Below, piece after piece: positions 53,004 through 63,744 of a stretch of DNA of 64,000 nucleotides. Location: positions 554,940 to 618,939 of the forward strand of contig JAVJNR010000008.1 in the NCBI GenBank assembly GCA_040217195.1, read 5' to 3'. The notes beneath the pieces were generated by a model, which saw only the letters and a program-made list of their open reading frames with translations, had not been told where the DNA came from and ran no database searches. The position numbers and the translations under genes were made by a program. The stretch comes from Leptospiraceae bacterium. GTDB taxonomy: Bacteria > Spirochaetota > Leptospiria > Leptospirales > Leptonemataceae. Position 1 is the first letter of the stretch. Every line of letters begins with the position of its first letter.

Positions 53004-53181
53004 AGAAGCACCATCCATGCAGGATATAAAATGAGACTCACTCCTATAAGGCACCTCGAGAAATAAAGAGCACGTTTGCTGCCTTTATTTAAAGGAAATA
53101 CCAGGGCTCCATCTGCCGAACAAAGCTCCATAAACGGAAACTATTCCTGAAAGAGAGATACTACTCAGAGCGCACACTTCG

Positions 53182-53952
53182 CTAGAACGGCGGCAGCCGC
53201 TTGAAGATCACTTCTGGAATCATTCGAATCAATAGCATTATGTACCTCCAGGGCCAATAGATGTAAACAACGTCCTTTTTCTTAAGGGCCGCCCTGATGA
53301 TTTTCTCAGCGGCAGCACCCGGGGACAGAGTGAGAATAGGCATAAGGTTGTGGCCCTCTGACATCCTGGTATAAACCGGCCCCAGTTTTATCGTAGTAAC
53401 GGAAACACCGGATCCATGTAACCGATTCCGGAGTCCTGATAGATATGTTGCCATGCCAGCCTTCGCCGAACCATAAATATAGTTCAGCTGTCTTCCCCTC
53501 TCACCGGCGACGGATCCAAGAACTACGATAGAGCCACTTTTCCTGTTTTCAAAGTCATTGGAGATAGTGTTGAGGATTGTGATGAGGCCGGTAAGATTAA
53601 CGTTTATTGTAATAACGCTCTCTGTATAATCCAGACGTGCATCATCTTGATCTTCATAGTAACCCGCACAAGAAATAACAATGTCAGGTTTTTCCGGCAA
53701 TGAGTCATAGAAGCTCTGGTGGGATGAAAAATCAGAAACATCAAAATAATAAGAGCGGATGGAAACACCTGTGAGCTTCAGACTTTCCTCAAGTTCTTTA
53801 AGTCTCTGTTTGTTTCTGCCCGTTAGATAGAGGTTAAATCCTCGCTCTGCAAAGCCCCGGGCGATGTGAAAGCCAATGTCTGATGTAGCTGCAAGAATTA
53901 GTACAATCTGATTTTTTAGGTCCGCTCTTTTCATCGTTGAATCAGCATTCAT
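53182..53952 (-). CDS. short-chain dehydrogenase/reductase, DprE2-like subgroup
   Basis: ATSDIG, SVAGERGRQLNYIYGSAKAG (YxxxK), GPVYTRM. Confidence 0.85.
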   Translation of the reverse strand: MNADSTMKRADLKNQIVLILAATSDIGFHIARGFAERGFNLYLTGRNKQRLKELEESLKLTGVSIRSYYFDVSDFSSHQSFYDSLPEKPDIVISCAGYYEDQDDARLDYTESVITINVNLTGLITILNTISNDFENRKSGSIVVLGSVAGERGRQLNYIYGSAKAGMATYLSGLRNRLHGSGVSVTTIKLGPVYTRMSEGHNLMPILTLSPGAAAEKIIRAALKKKDVVYIYWPWRYIMLLIRMIPEVIFKRLPPF

Positions 53953-54636
53953 TTTTACCAGAGAGTTATATCGGAATATTTTAGCCAGTCCGATTCCGTG
54001 TAATTAGATATACGATTGCTTCCAATCGGAAAAAGGAGCCGGCCTCCCGGTAGGAATTCGCCGCTTCCCGCAACTTACGCAGGTTTCTGGCAAGATGCCT
54101 GTCCGCGAAAGAATACGCGAGCTGGACGACATTCGTCGAGATGGCCTGATTCGTAGAGTGCGTAGAACGCCGGATTGTCAGCCTGAAAGAATCCTGGGAT
54201 CGTCCGGTAGTTCTACTCTTTAGGCACCGCTTCCGGAAAACCGAAGATTCGTATGGTTCGTCTCTGAAAAGGTCGGACTATCGATCTTATGGTAAGCCAG
54301 GCCTGCACTGATTATCCTTCTCCATGTTCACCCAATGTATCCGAACACCAGGCACCATTCATGGGGTTCAATATGGGGAGATGACTCCAACTCTATGCAC
54401 CTATGCCCAGCCAACGCCTGGTAATGGCTCCCGGCCATCCAGCCCAGGGTAGGTCCTTTCGCAAGATCAACAAGGTCAGAGTCAGTATTGCATATCCAGT
54501 GGCGAAGTTGCCGATGATCCTCGTATGAGACGCCGCAGTTTTCTATTTCGAATCTATTGATCCACCAGTGCCTTCTACTGGGGGCAACTGTGGAAAAATG
54601 GGCTGACAGGATTTATAGGCAGCCATCCAATCTGCC

Positions 54637-56241
54637 ATGCAATACAGGCTTCGTATTCTTCTTTATTCGATTCTGCCGCTAAGTATTGGGATCTTTCTAT
54701 CGATTCCCCTGGCCTACAGTACTGGCGAGCCCGCCGACTGTCGCAATGTTCCTGGTGCACGCTGCCCTGATTTGGTTACTGACGAAGAATCCGTAGATAC
54801 CGGCGATGAATCCATCGATCAAAACAAATCTCTGGTTCAAAACTCATTGATTTCCGATCTTCCCGGAGGTCAGCCGGTAGCCTGCGAACATGAATGGATC
54901 ATCCGGCATCTATACTACCAGCCTGATTCTATTTTACCCAGGAGAATGTACTTCGCCTCCTGTAATCAGGATACGCAGAGTCCCAGCCTGTTTGTTTCCC
55001 TCTCACTTGGCCAGAAAGTAAAAGCAAAGAACGATGATTACAGCGGCGCATTGATTAAAAGCACACTTAATCCGAAAACCGGACGACTTGAGATGGAGCA
55101 GATTCAGCACCATCCAGAATGCGTTTTTATGGAAGGAATTGCAGTGAGCTCGGATTGTAAAAACGTTAGCGTACTCTGTCGGCGAAACTATGGGGATAAA
55201 GATTTCGACCATGACGTTCTGGGCAGTCATCCGGGCAAAGACTGGATGACTCAGCCAAAGTGTGCCAAACATGAAATGTGGCTCTATGAATGGAATGATG
55301 GCAACATCGTATCAAAGCCAGTAAAAAGTCGAATGCACAGGGCCGTGGACTGGAGCTGGGAATACGGCAACAATTATATTCGTATGGGCGATGACGGAAC
55401 CCTGGGCATGGCGATCAAAGCCAGGGTAGCGGATCCGAAAGGCCAGTGCCATGAAGCGGATGCATTTCTGGTGATGGATCGAAAGACCCATACCTATACG
55501 GACCGAGGATGGAAATGGGCCTGCGGTACCGGTCATACAATCTTTAACCGGCTGGTCTATAATCCGAAAACCAAACGATATGCAATGATGTGCGGAACGG
55601 ATGGAAGCAAAAAACCTGGATCTCTGGCAGGCCTCTGGATTCGAAGGGAAGATGGTGAGTCTCGGGAATTCTTGACCACCCACCGTCACAGACTAATCCA
55701 CAAAGGAGGTCCTGGAAGTATCTTACCCCTGGCAGACGGAGGCTTTCTCGGGATCATTGTCGGGCATGCAGGCAACATCGTGGCAAAAGATAAAATACCA
55801 CTTCAACCTCCTACGGAGATCGGATTGATTCGATTCGATGAAAACGCTGTACCATCAGGACCGGTGCGATGGATTGTACAGAACAAGGATTCCTACCTGG
55901 GATATCCACAAATCACTGCTCTGGGAAACGATCGCTACTTGCTCGGTTATGGCGAAATGAAGCGCACAAAGCACAGCGCCAAAGAGGAATGGTCCAATTA
56001 CTCGTATCTAATTCCCTGGAATTTTTATCTGGTGGAAATCGATATAAACGGAAAGTTTCTTACGAAACCACAGAAGCTTGAGGGAACCGGCTGGGGTGAA
56101 CAGGATCAAATGGTTTCTCTGGGCCGCCGACGAGTTGCGTGGGCATACATTGCTGATCCAGCCTACAAAGAGCTGAACAAAGCTCCGGAATGCAACGCAA
56201 AGGAGCTCCAGCTTTCAGTGTATGAAAGCAAGGAAAGGTGA
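54637..56241 (+). CDS. uncharacterised secreted Cys-rich protein (534 aa)
   Basis: Signal peptide, 12 Cys, beta-rich. Confidence 0.75.
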   Translation: MQYRLRILLYSILPLSIGIFLSIPLAYSTGEPADCRNVPGARCPDLVTDEESVDTGDESIDQNKSLVQNSLISDLPGGQPVACEHEWIIRHLYYQPDSILPRRMYFASCNQDTQSPSLFVSLSLGQKVKAKNDDYSGALIKSTLNPKTGRLEMEQIQHHPECVFMEGIAVSSDCKNVSVLCRRNYGDKDFDHDVLGSHPGKDWMTQPKCAKHEMWLYEWNDGNIVSKPVKSRMHRAVDWSWEYGNNYIRMGDDGTLGMAIKARVADPKGQCHEADAFLVMDRKTHTYTDRGWKWACGTGHTIFNRLVYNPKTKRYAMMCGTDGSKKPGSLAGLWIRREDGESREFLTTHRHRLIHKGGPGSILPLADGGFLGIIVGHAGNIVAKDKIPLQPPTEIGLIRFDENAVPSGPVRWIVQNKDSYLGYPQITALGNDRYLLGYGEMKRTKHSAKEEWSNYSYLIPWNFYLVEIDINGKFLTKPQKLEGTGWGEQDQMVSLGRRRVAWAYIADPAYKELNKAPECNAKELQLSVYESKER

Positions 56242-56558
56242 TGGAGCGGAAATTGTAAGAGGAGCCCGCAGCCCCGGCTGTGTGCAATTGGACCTGTTGC
56301 TACCGGGGATTCTCTGGTTGTGCTGGCTCGCTGTAATGAGGATACTTCCAATGAATCGACTAAGGGCAGTATCATCCAAATTCGATCCTGCCCGGCAGGT
56401 CGCCCCCTCCTGGCGGTGAGATTCGACTGCAAGGCTCTCTTCGAATTGGTCCCGGCAATTTTCGCAAAACGATCCAGGAAGAGCGCATAGGTTATCTCCT
56501 GAGAAACCGAAAAACGCTCAAATCCCGGTTATCGCATTTGCCGCGATACGATACTTCT

Positions 56559-56780
56559 TTAAATGATACCGCCACCCATGAACAGGCGGAAGCCGCCCAC
56601 TATTAGCACTATGACATTTATGATGAGTCCGGCTTTGTTCTCGCTGAAGGCACCAATTAGAGCGCCCAGTGTGGCTCCGGGTAGCATCAACCAGTTCATC
56701 CAGCCAAGAAGGGGAATCATGCCCAGAAAGACTACGGGCGAGCAAAGCAATCCAATAATGATAGAAACTACGTTGGCCAT
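56559..56780 (-). CDS. small hydrophobic membrane protein (73 aa)
   Basis: 2-3 TM helices, IPLLGWMNW and RLFMGGGII motifs, AGAGG RBS. Confidence 0.7.
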   Translation of the reverse strand: MANVVSIIIGLLCSPVVFLGMIPLLGWMNWLMLPGATLGALIGAFSENKAGLIINVIVLIVGGFRLFMGGGII

Positions 56781-57101
56781 TTTTACCTCTTTAATACCGA
56801 CATCTCATGATGCTGGTGTTCCGGCAACCTGCGCGAACCTTCTGTCCCTGCAAGTTGGGAATGACCATGGAGCATCGGCTTCGCCCAGGAATACCCACAA
56901 CAATGCCGGTTCAAGTAAATTTTGCGTCAGCCGGAAAAAGGGAAATAAGCCGATGAGTTGCAGGCCCGCTTCCATTCGGCGAGCCTCAAACCTCGTAATC
57001 CCGGTAATCCGGCAGCTCGGGCAATTCGAAGGCATAATACCGGCGAAATCCAGGAGTAAATAATCCTCGAATCTGAATCATACATGGCCAGACTGTTGCG
57101 A

Positions 57102-58040
57102 TTAATTCCATTCCAGAGCTGAGCGCCGGTTCCAGTAATGGGCCGGATCTTCGCGCATTCCGGACAGTATGTCCCTGTCATCTTCTGAGAGTCGCACTTG
57201 CAAGGCAGACAGATTAGACTCCAATTGCTCCAGAGTCGTGGGTCCCAGAAGAACTCGCGAAACGAAGGGCATGTGGAGCATATACGCCAGAGCAAGGGCA
57301 TCCGGAGCCACACCTTTGCCTCCTGCAAATTCCAGGAAGTCCTTGCAATTGCCACGATCCGTGAGCCTGCCATTTGCCAGTGCTTCCTTCACGATCACAA
57401 GCCAGCCGCATTCGTGTGCAGCTTGTAGAGTTGGAGCCACGCCAGGTTCCAGAACATTACACGTAGCCTGGACAGAGTCGAATAGCTGTAAGCCGTCGAT
57501 GCGAATCTCCAGGGCACGTTCCAGAGTGGCCGATTGATCCGTTCCAGACAAACTTAGCCCAATTTGCAAACCTCTATCCTTTAGATCGCTTAAGAAATTC
57601 AGTACCTCAGCATCGTTCAGCACACCGGTATTCAAAGTGGCCGAATGGATCTGATACAGATTCAGGTGGGAGCCCAGCCGTGCATGACTTTCCTGCCATT
57701 GGGATTGCAAATGGCTCAAACTATGATCTTTGATTTCATGGGATTCCGCCTGAATTTTCCAATCGGCCGTATATCGATAGCCCCACTTGGAACTAATGAA
57801 CAGCCCTTCTGGCAGACGTCTTTTTATCCATAGAGCCAGAAAATCCTCCGCACGGCCATAGGACCGGGCCGCATCTATATGTCGGATACCTGCATCGTAG
57901 GCAGCATCCAGGATAGCCATACAGCGGTCCTCCATGGATGCGTAGTCTGTTGCACCAAGGTCCTGGCCGTGCCCCAGATTGATGTATCCGGGTCGTCCCA
58001 GAGAGGCCAGCCCCAGGGCCAGACGGTTGTGATCGTTCAT
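57102..58040 (-). CDS. aldo/keto reductase
   Basis: GIRHIDAARSYG.AE, SKWG, LYQIHS, QLESNL. Confidence 0.9.
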   Translation of the reverse strand: MNDHNRLALGLASLGRPGYINLGHGQDLGATDYASMEDRCMAILDAAYDAGIRHIDAARSYGRAEDFLALWIKRRLPEGLFISSKWGYRYTADWKIQAESHEIKDHSLSHLQSQWQESHARLGSHLNLYQIHSATLNTGVLNDAEVLNFLSDLKDRGLQIGLSLSGTDQSATLERALEIRIDGLQLFDSVQATCNVLEPGVAPTLQAAHECGWLVIVKEALANGRLTDRGNCKDFLEFAGGKGVAPDALALAYMLHMPFVSRVLLGPTTLEQLESNLSALQVRLSEDDRDILSGMREDPAHYWNRRSALEWN

Positions 58041-58116
58041 ACCAAGGAAACAATCCTGACTTCTAATTCATCTGGCAAGCAAACATCGTGACTACAACGC
58101 CACCGGTACACTCAAA

Positions 58117-58363
58117 TCACCGGGGCGCTTTTACGCGCTCGGGTGTCATTAGGCGAACTATCGGGGCGCGTTTGCGCGCTCGGCCGGCATAAGGCGAACT
58201 ACCCGGGCGGTTTTGCGGGCCGCTGCAATAAGGCGAACTATCGGTGCGCCTTTGCGCGCTCCGCGGCCATAAGGCGCACTTCCCGGGCGCTCTTGCGCGC
58301 TCGGCCGCCATAAGGCGCACTCACCGGGGCGCTTTTACGCGCTCGGCTGTCATTAGGCGAGCT
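58117..58363. repeat. GC-rich tandem array, 6 units of 39-42 bp
   Basis: A CATWAGGCGMACT-type core ends at 58159, 58200, 58239, 58280, 58321 and 58363. First and last units are nearly identical. Confidence 0.93.
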
Positions 58364-58524
58364 ATCCACGTTCCAGTCCCGGCGAGCTTGTGCTACCGCC
58401 CGACTTGACAGGTAAAACTAGAAACATTTTGGAAAGTCCCGATTTTTCCTGATTCCGGTCCAACAAACATGTGCCAGTTAAACAAACTCTCTCAAATGAA
58501 AACGTTACGATATTCGAAAAGTGA

Positions 58525-60705
58525 CTACTTACTGTCCATAGAGATGACGCCATCCCAGTCCGGCCCTGGTGGGCGGCTGCGAAGTTCCTTTATCCTTGCC
58601 AGATATATGCTCGGTACTGCATCGTCTGGACAGAGCTCCAGCACCCTTTCAAACCGGTCGGCGGCCAAATCGAACCGCCGGTCCAGATAATCGTTCATGG
58701 CCTTTTCAAGCAGCCCTCGGGTTAGAAGCCTGGATTCAAGCTCCTCCTCTGGATCGCCGTCCAGGATCTCTATTACCGATACCGACTCTTCTTTACCTTT
58801 GGCCCGAACTCTATCAATGAGACGGTAGTTGTACTGGCCCGGGTCTTCCAGACTAATCAAACAGTGCTCCGAAATTGCCATCGTGATATCATAGCGGCGA
58901 GTGAGACTTTCCAGACGAGACGCAAGATTGACACCATCTCCGATTACTGTGCCATCCATCCTTTCTGACTCCCCAATAGTGCCCAGCATCACGTCGGATG
59001 TGTTGATTCCGATCCCAATACGTATGGGTGCCAGGTTTCTTCCCAGGCGAATTCGATTAAACTCCTGGAGTCGCCGCTTGAACTCGATTCCTGTATCAAT
59101 GGCATCTTCCGGTCGCCCGGGAAACAGAGCCATGATAGAATCCCCAATGTATTTATCTATGAAGCCCTGGTTGTCTCTTACAACCGGCCCTACCGTTGCC
59201 AGCAGTTGGTTTAAAAAGCGAAAGTTCTCTTCGGGATCGAGAGACTCCGAGATTGAAGTAAAGGATCGAATGTCTGCGAACATCACAGTTAGTCGGGCTT
59301 CAGTCGCATCCCCGAGCGCCAGCTCACGTACCGACCCTTTATCCATCAACCCCATAAAATCCGCCGGAACGAAACGTGCATACGATTCCGTTAATGCTCT
59401 TTGCTCGTCCAGAGCAGACTGCCGCTCATCCTCTCGCTCTCGCCGCAAGGTATGGACCCGAAAAGCAAGGCCTGCCGCGAAAGTAATGAACTCGAAAGCG
59501 GAGCCAAAGAAGACAGCATTCCGGGTAAAAACATTTTCAGGTGTAATTCCCAGATAACGGGTGGTCGTAATGCTTGAGAGAACCAGAAACACCGACCAAC
59601 CTGTGAGAAAAAAGTAGGCGTTGGGATTTCTTTCAGTTGTCGCTCGAATTGACACAATAAGAAGCGCTATCGCCATCAGATAGTATGCAACATTAATGAT
59701 TCGAGTAAATGTATAGTACGGCAGGATTAGACCCGACATCCAGGCAAGAAAGATCATGACCTGGATGATCGTAATCGTTCGATACCGGTACAGAGATTTG
59801 CTCGAAACGATTTCCAGGTATTCCTTGGCAAATTGTCCGATCAAAATAAAGGCGGGTGGTCCCAGCGCAGGCAGTGACAAATTGTTCCAGACTACCAGCT
59901 CTGGCCAGAAAAAAGGGTAGCTCAAGCCCTCCATCAAGAACGCAAACAGTAGTGAAGTCAGAACATAGAGTCCATAATACAGGTAGATAAATTCGCGCGT
60001 GAACACAAAGAGCGCAAGACCAGTCAGAAAGAGCAATAGCCCCAGGCCCATGTAGATTCCGACGAAGAGAAATTTGCGCATCCCATAATCGTGTACTTCC
60101 TGTTCGCTGAGCTGCCGAAGGGGAATGATCGTCGGTCCGATGGTTTCTACCTGAACATAGAGTGGCTTCCAGGACCTGAGCGGAAAGAGAAATTGAGTGC
60201 TGTATCCCGGTCGATGCTCATAGCGAAAATCATCCCCGGTTTCGAAGAGCATCTTAACCTTGCCTTCCTTTTCCTGGTATACTCGAATTCGATCGAGTTG
60301 CGGATAATCGATTTGAAGATAGCTTTCTGGCTCGAAGGAAGCATGCCAGGGCGTCTCTCCCGAATCCGGTCGGAACACTGAGCTTCCTGGTTGCTGTAAT
60401 AAAACTTTGAACCATACTCTACCTGGCTGCTGTCCAAAGTTCACAGAAGCGCTCTGTTCTTTCTGCCAGGCCAGATTATGCAGATTTTCGATTTGCACCG
60501 AGGAGTCTGGATCCTTGAAGGAATACACGGTCGGTTCCCGTCCAGGATAAGAGCAGGATACCAAACTCCAAACGAGAAGCAAAGGCAGTGTAAGCAGGTG
60601 GGCAGAGATGCGGTCTATCAGCAAAGTCAATAGGCCGCGCTGATCACAGATGCGGTTGGCGGGCGCAAACCGCATTCCGGCCACGGATCTCCGGCGTACT
60701 TTCAA
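58525..60705 (-). CDS. 7TM-DISM class III adenylate cyclase
   Basis: 7TMR-DISMED2-like region plus 7TM; MFADIRSFT, IDKYIGD, TVIGDGVNLASRLE. Start is uncertain. Confidence 0.9.
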   Translation of the reverse strand: MKVRRRSVAGMRFAPANRICDQRGLLTLLIDRISAHLLTLPLLLVWSLVSCSYPGREPTVYSFKDPDSSVQIENLHNLAWQKEQSASVNFGQQPGRVWFKVLLQQPGSSVFRPDSGETPWHASFEPESYLQIDYPQLDRIRVYQEKEGKVKMLFETGDDFRYEHRPGYSTQFLFPLRSWKPLYVQVETIGPTIIPLRQLSEQEVHDYGMRKFLFVGIYMGLGLLLFLTGLALFVFTREFIYLYYGLYVLTSLLFAFLMEGLSYPFFWPELVVWNNLSLPALGPPAFILIGQFAKEYLEIVSSKSLYRYRTITIIQVMIFLAWMSGLILPYYTFTRIINVAYYLMAIALLIVSIRATTERNPNAYFFLTGWSVFLVLSSITTTRYLGITPENVFTRNAVFFGSAFEFITFAAGLAFRVHTLRREREDERQSALDEQRALTESYARFVPADFMGLMDKGSVRELALGDATEARLTVMFADIRSFTSISESLDPEENFRFLNQLLATVGPVVRDNQGFIDKYIGDSIMALFPGRPEDAIDTGIEFKRRLQEFNRIRLGRNLAPIRIGIGINTSDVMLGTIGESERMDGTVIGDGVNLASRLESLTRRYDITMAISEHCLISLEDPGQYNYRLIDRVRAKGKEESVSVIEILDGDPEEELESRLLTRGLLEKAMNDYLDRRFDLAADRFERVLELCPDDAVPSIYLARIKELRSRPPGPDWDGVISMDSK

Positions 60706-61504
60706 GGGATCCCACCAGGTAGCTCGCCTGGACCCGAGACTGAATAATTAGGAGAAATGTCGTAGGCCGGATTGCGTTTTTGGTTAGCCCACACAGACCA
60801 TACCATTAGTGAAAAGTAAACTGGGTCAATTAAAATCCGGAGCAGTCAAAAACAGCCTCGCTTGCACCATTACCTTGTTGCAGAAATCCTCCCCCAGGGC
60901 AGTTCCAAAGTTAGATACAAAGGCATCGCTGTTCATTACATAGTTTCCATCTCCCCATGTCCCATCCTTCTGGGATTGCACCGCTCCAATTTTTCGGACA
61001 CCTTTCAGGCAACCTTTCCTGAAACCCGACCATGCGCACGAATGAAAACATGTCCTTGAGGATTTTCATGATCTCAAAGCGCTTCAGGCGTCCCGGTAGA
61101 ACCTGGCCACATACTCAACGACGACTGAGTGGCCACGGCATTGCAGAGCACTGACCCCAGGACTTCCTCCTTCCACTCCATCAGGAGAGCTCAGAATGTA
61201 CCAGCCTCTACTCCAATGAAAAGGGATTTTTCTATTTCGGTCATGGTCACTCTCATTCCCTGTCTTGATCCCGATCGGGCCCCTGTAGCTGACCATTTAA
61301 TGTCCCAATTCAGAAATTATGCCAAAAATGCATGGCATTACCCGAATTATTCGAGAAACAATCCTGCATAGAAACCTCCTTTCACGTCCGATAGGAAAGC
61401 ATGATTGCCATGATTGACGCCAACCGCCATGGGAACGGCCATATCCCGGTCAGGATCAAAACTCCGCCTCTGGTGCAGCCGGGACTGGTAGAAAGGAATT
61501 CGGA

Positions 61505-63346
61505 GTGTTCTTCATGACAGATGCCATGCCCACCTTTCGACAGCTCTTTTCACGCCTTCTGGTGAGCCTGGAATTGCAAGTTTACCCGGTGATTCTGCCC
61601 TACTACCTGTTGTATGTATTTGTAATGACGGAATTCAAGGGAAGCAACCTGATCCACTTCCTCTGGAGCATCCTCATTGGGGTCGTCGTGTCTATTCTCA
61701 TTGTCGGTATCTGGCGGCCCATTCGATTACTCGCCCTGCTCTCCAGATTGAATCGCGCCACCCGAGCAGGTGCCAGCGATGAAGATCAACGTGCAGCGAA
61801 ACAGGCACTCCTGCGCTATCCGGTATCCGAATGTATGGACGTATTTGTGCGCTGGCTGTTCGGGCCCGGTTCTGCCGCAGTCTACATGGCTTCTGTCAGT
61901 AGCGCAACCCCACATCAGATTTCTTTCTACTTCGTGGGCCTGTTCCTTTCGATCCCGGCCACTCTGGTGCTATTTTACTTCCGAACAGAAAATACACTGC
62001 GTCCCATCCTAGCACTGCCAGCGTTACGGGCCGTAGAGCTTCCCCCGCAATCGATCCTCCGCATAAGTTTCCGCAAGCGATTAATTCTGACCATGATCTC
62101 AACGGTGAACGTGCCCCTCTTCGTGGCCGTATCGTTGCTCCTCGGTGTGCGTTTCCAGTGGATTGAACTGCTAGATCTTGGCTGGACCCTTGGTGTCTTT
62201 GCCGTGCTGGCCGTGCCCACGCTGCTTGTGACCGCGCTCTCATTTTCGGCCAGTTCGTCTGCGGCGCTTAAGGACGGCCTCGAGACTGCCCGAGCCATTC
62301 GCGCGGGTGAACTGGAGGAACGCGCAGGTGCCGCCTCCAGCGATGAGTTTGGTCTGTTACAGCAGGACCTGGCGATGATGACCCGCTCTTTGTCCGAGAT
62401 GGTAGGAACAATCCGTGGTGCAGCTGATCGTCTCAATGAAGATGCCAATCGTCTGCAGCTAAAGAGCGATGCGCTCAATGACCGGGCCAGCGACCAGGCC
62501 AGCGGTCTGGAAGAGGTGGCGGCCACCATCGAACAGGTTAATGCCACTGCCAGCAGCATCGGGCGCGCGGCCGAGGAACAGAGTAGCCAGAATGAGCGAG
62601 GGCTGGAAGCCCTGGCAGAACTGGAGCGATCGATCGCTGAGATCTCAAAAACGGCAGCTCAGGCAACGGAGCAAGCGCGGGCTACCGAGGAAGAATCCCG
62701 GGAAGCCGATCGCCGGATGAAGCTCGCTCTCGACCGCTTGGAGGAGTTGGCCCACTCAACAGACAGCGTACTTGAAGAGGTGCGCCAGATCAGCGACATT
62801 GCCGATCAGGTCAGTCTTCTGGCACTTAACGCATCGATTGAGGCTGCCCGTGCGGGCGAATCAGGACGGGGCTTTTCGGTTGTGGCGGAGGAGGTCTCCA
62901 AACTGGCCGAGCGTACTCGAAGTTATGTGCAGACCATCAGTAACAGGATGGAAGTATCACGGGATGACATGCGCGGAGGCGTTGAAAACGCCCGGTCCAC
63001 TTATTCATTCCTGATGGAACTGTCCGCCAATATTCAGAAGGCTGCCCGCGCCACCGAAGATATTGCCAACAAGGCCGGCGAACAAGAGGAACGCTCGCGA
63101 GAAGTCACTGGAGTCCTACGCGGCGTTGTGGAGCAGAGTGACCAGATCATCGCCTCCATGCGTGAGCAGGCCGCTGCTTTTCAGGAAATCAGCAAAAGCA
63201 CGGACAACATCTCCAGCTCCGCACAGGAAGTACAGGAATCTTCGCGAGACTCTGCTGAGCTGGCCCTGCGACTCCTGCGTTCGGGCAAGACCCTCGACAA
63301 GGCGGTGAGTCAGTTCAAGACCCGGGCCCAATCAGGAGATGTCTGA
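61505..63346 (+). CDS. methyl-accepting chemotaxis protein with multi-TM sensor
   Basis: About 6 TMs, [34 protein letters not shown]. Confidence 0.92.
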   Translation: MFFMTDAMPTFRQLFSRLLVSLELQVYPVILPYYLLYVFVMTEFKGSNLIHFLWSILIGVVVSILIVGIWRPIRLLALLSRLNRATRAGASDEDQRAAKQALLRYPVSECMDVFVRWLFGPGSAAVYMASVSSATPHQISFYFVGLFLSIPATLVLFYFRTENTLRPILALPALRAVELPPQSILRISFRKRLILTMISTVNVPLFVAVSLLLGVRFQWIELLDLGWTLGVFAVLAVPTLLVTALSFSASSSAALKDGLETARAIRAGELEERAGAASSDEFGLLQQDLAMMTRSLSEMVGTIRGAADRLNEDANRLQLKSDALNDRASDQASGLEEVAATIEQVNATASSIGRAAEEQSSQNERGLEALAELERSIAEISKTAAQATEQARATEEESREADRRMKLALDRLEELAHSTDSVLEEVRQISDIADQVSLLALNASIEAARAGESGRGFSVVAEEVSKLAERTRSYVQTISNRMEVSRDDMRGGVENARSTYSFLMELSANIQKAARATEDIANKAGEQEERSREVTGVLRGVVEQSDQIIASMREQAAAFQEISKSTDNISSSAQEVQESSRDSAELALRLLRSGKTLDKAVSQFKTRAQSGDV

Positions 63347-63574
63347 ATCATCCGTGGCCACCGTGCATTCAGACGACAATCGCTGGTAACAAATGCGAAA
63401 ACGCTGAGATAGAGCCATAGCCGCCTGGAATGCGAACCCGCCGGATGGATCCGGCAAATTTGTCTGCATTGCTGGGCGCTCTCATCAAGCAAAGCTCAGC
63501 CAGATACACTCTTCTGTTTACAGATCGAGGCATACCTCGCTCTATCGCACCTATCCCTACGATCGCATGGTAAA

Positions 63575-63744
63575 TCATTCGCTGATGCCCAGTCCCTCCG
63601 CTATTTCACGTATGGATTCATCTCCCGTTAGAGTCTTACGAACAGCCTGTTCCTGGAACTCAACGGAGTATGTTGGCTTCATCATCGCAACCTCCTATGC
63701 AGAGGCTACCTAATTGGGGTGTCCACTATTTCTGGAGCAGTCCA
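63575..63744 (-). mobile_element. decayed IS3-family element left end (IRL + truncated orfA)
   Basis: Minus-strand TGGACTGCTCCAGAAATAGTGGACACCCC (63744-63716), AGGAGG RBS, then MMKPTYSVEFQEQAVRKTLTGDESIREIAEGLGISE* (63685-63575), typical of an IS3 OrfA HTH start. Confidence 0.75.

Noticed and set aside
58117..58363. CRISPR array or coding repeat (ORF 58117-58320)
   Set aside because: No unique spacers, and unit lengths of 39-42 bp do not keep frame. The ORF is an Arg/Ala-rich by-product of high GC.
50441..58363. Bona fide dif site or integron attC cassette array
   Set aside because: Inverted arms are 17 bp apart rather than 6 and there is no TTATGTTAAAT-type XerD arm. There are no RYYYAAC/GTTRRRY ends, units do not flank single ORFs, and no integrase is present.
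60780..61000. Protein-like minus-strand fragment (..QKDGTWGDGNYVMNSDAF..)
   Set aside because: Interrupted by stops and not assignable to any family by eye.
58901..62559. Long antisense ORFs 58901-59557 (+) and 61975-62559 (-)
   Set aside because: Shadows of the adenylate cyclase and MCP genes.
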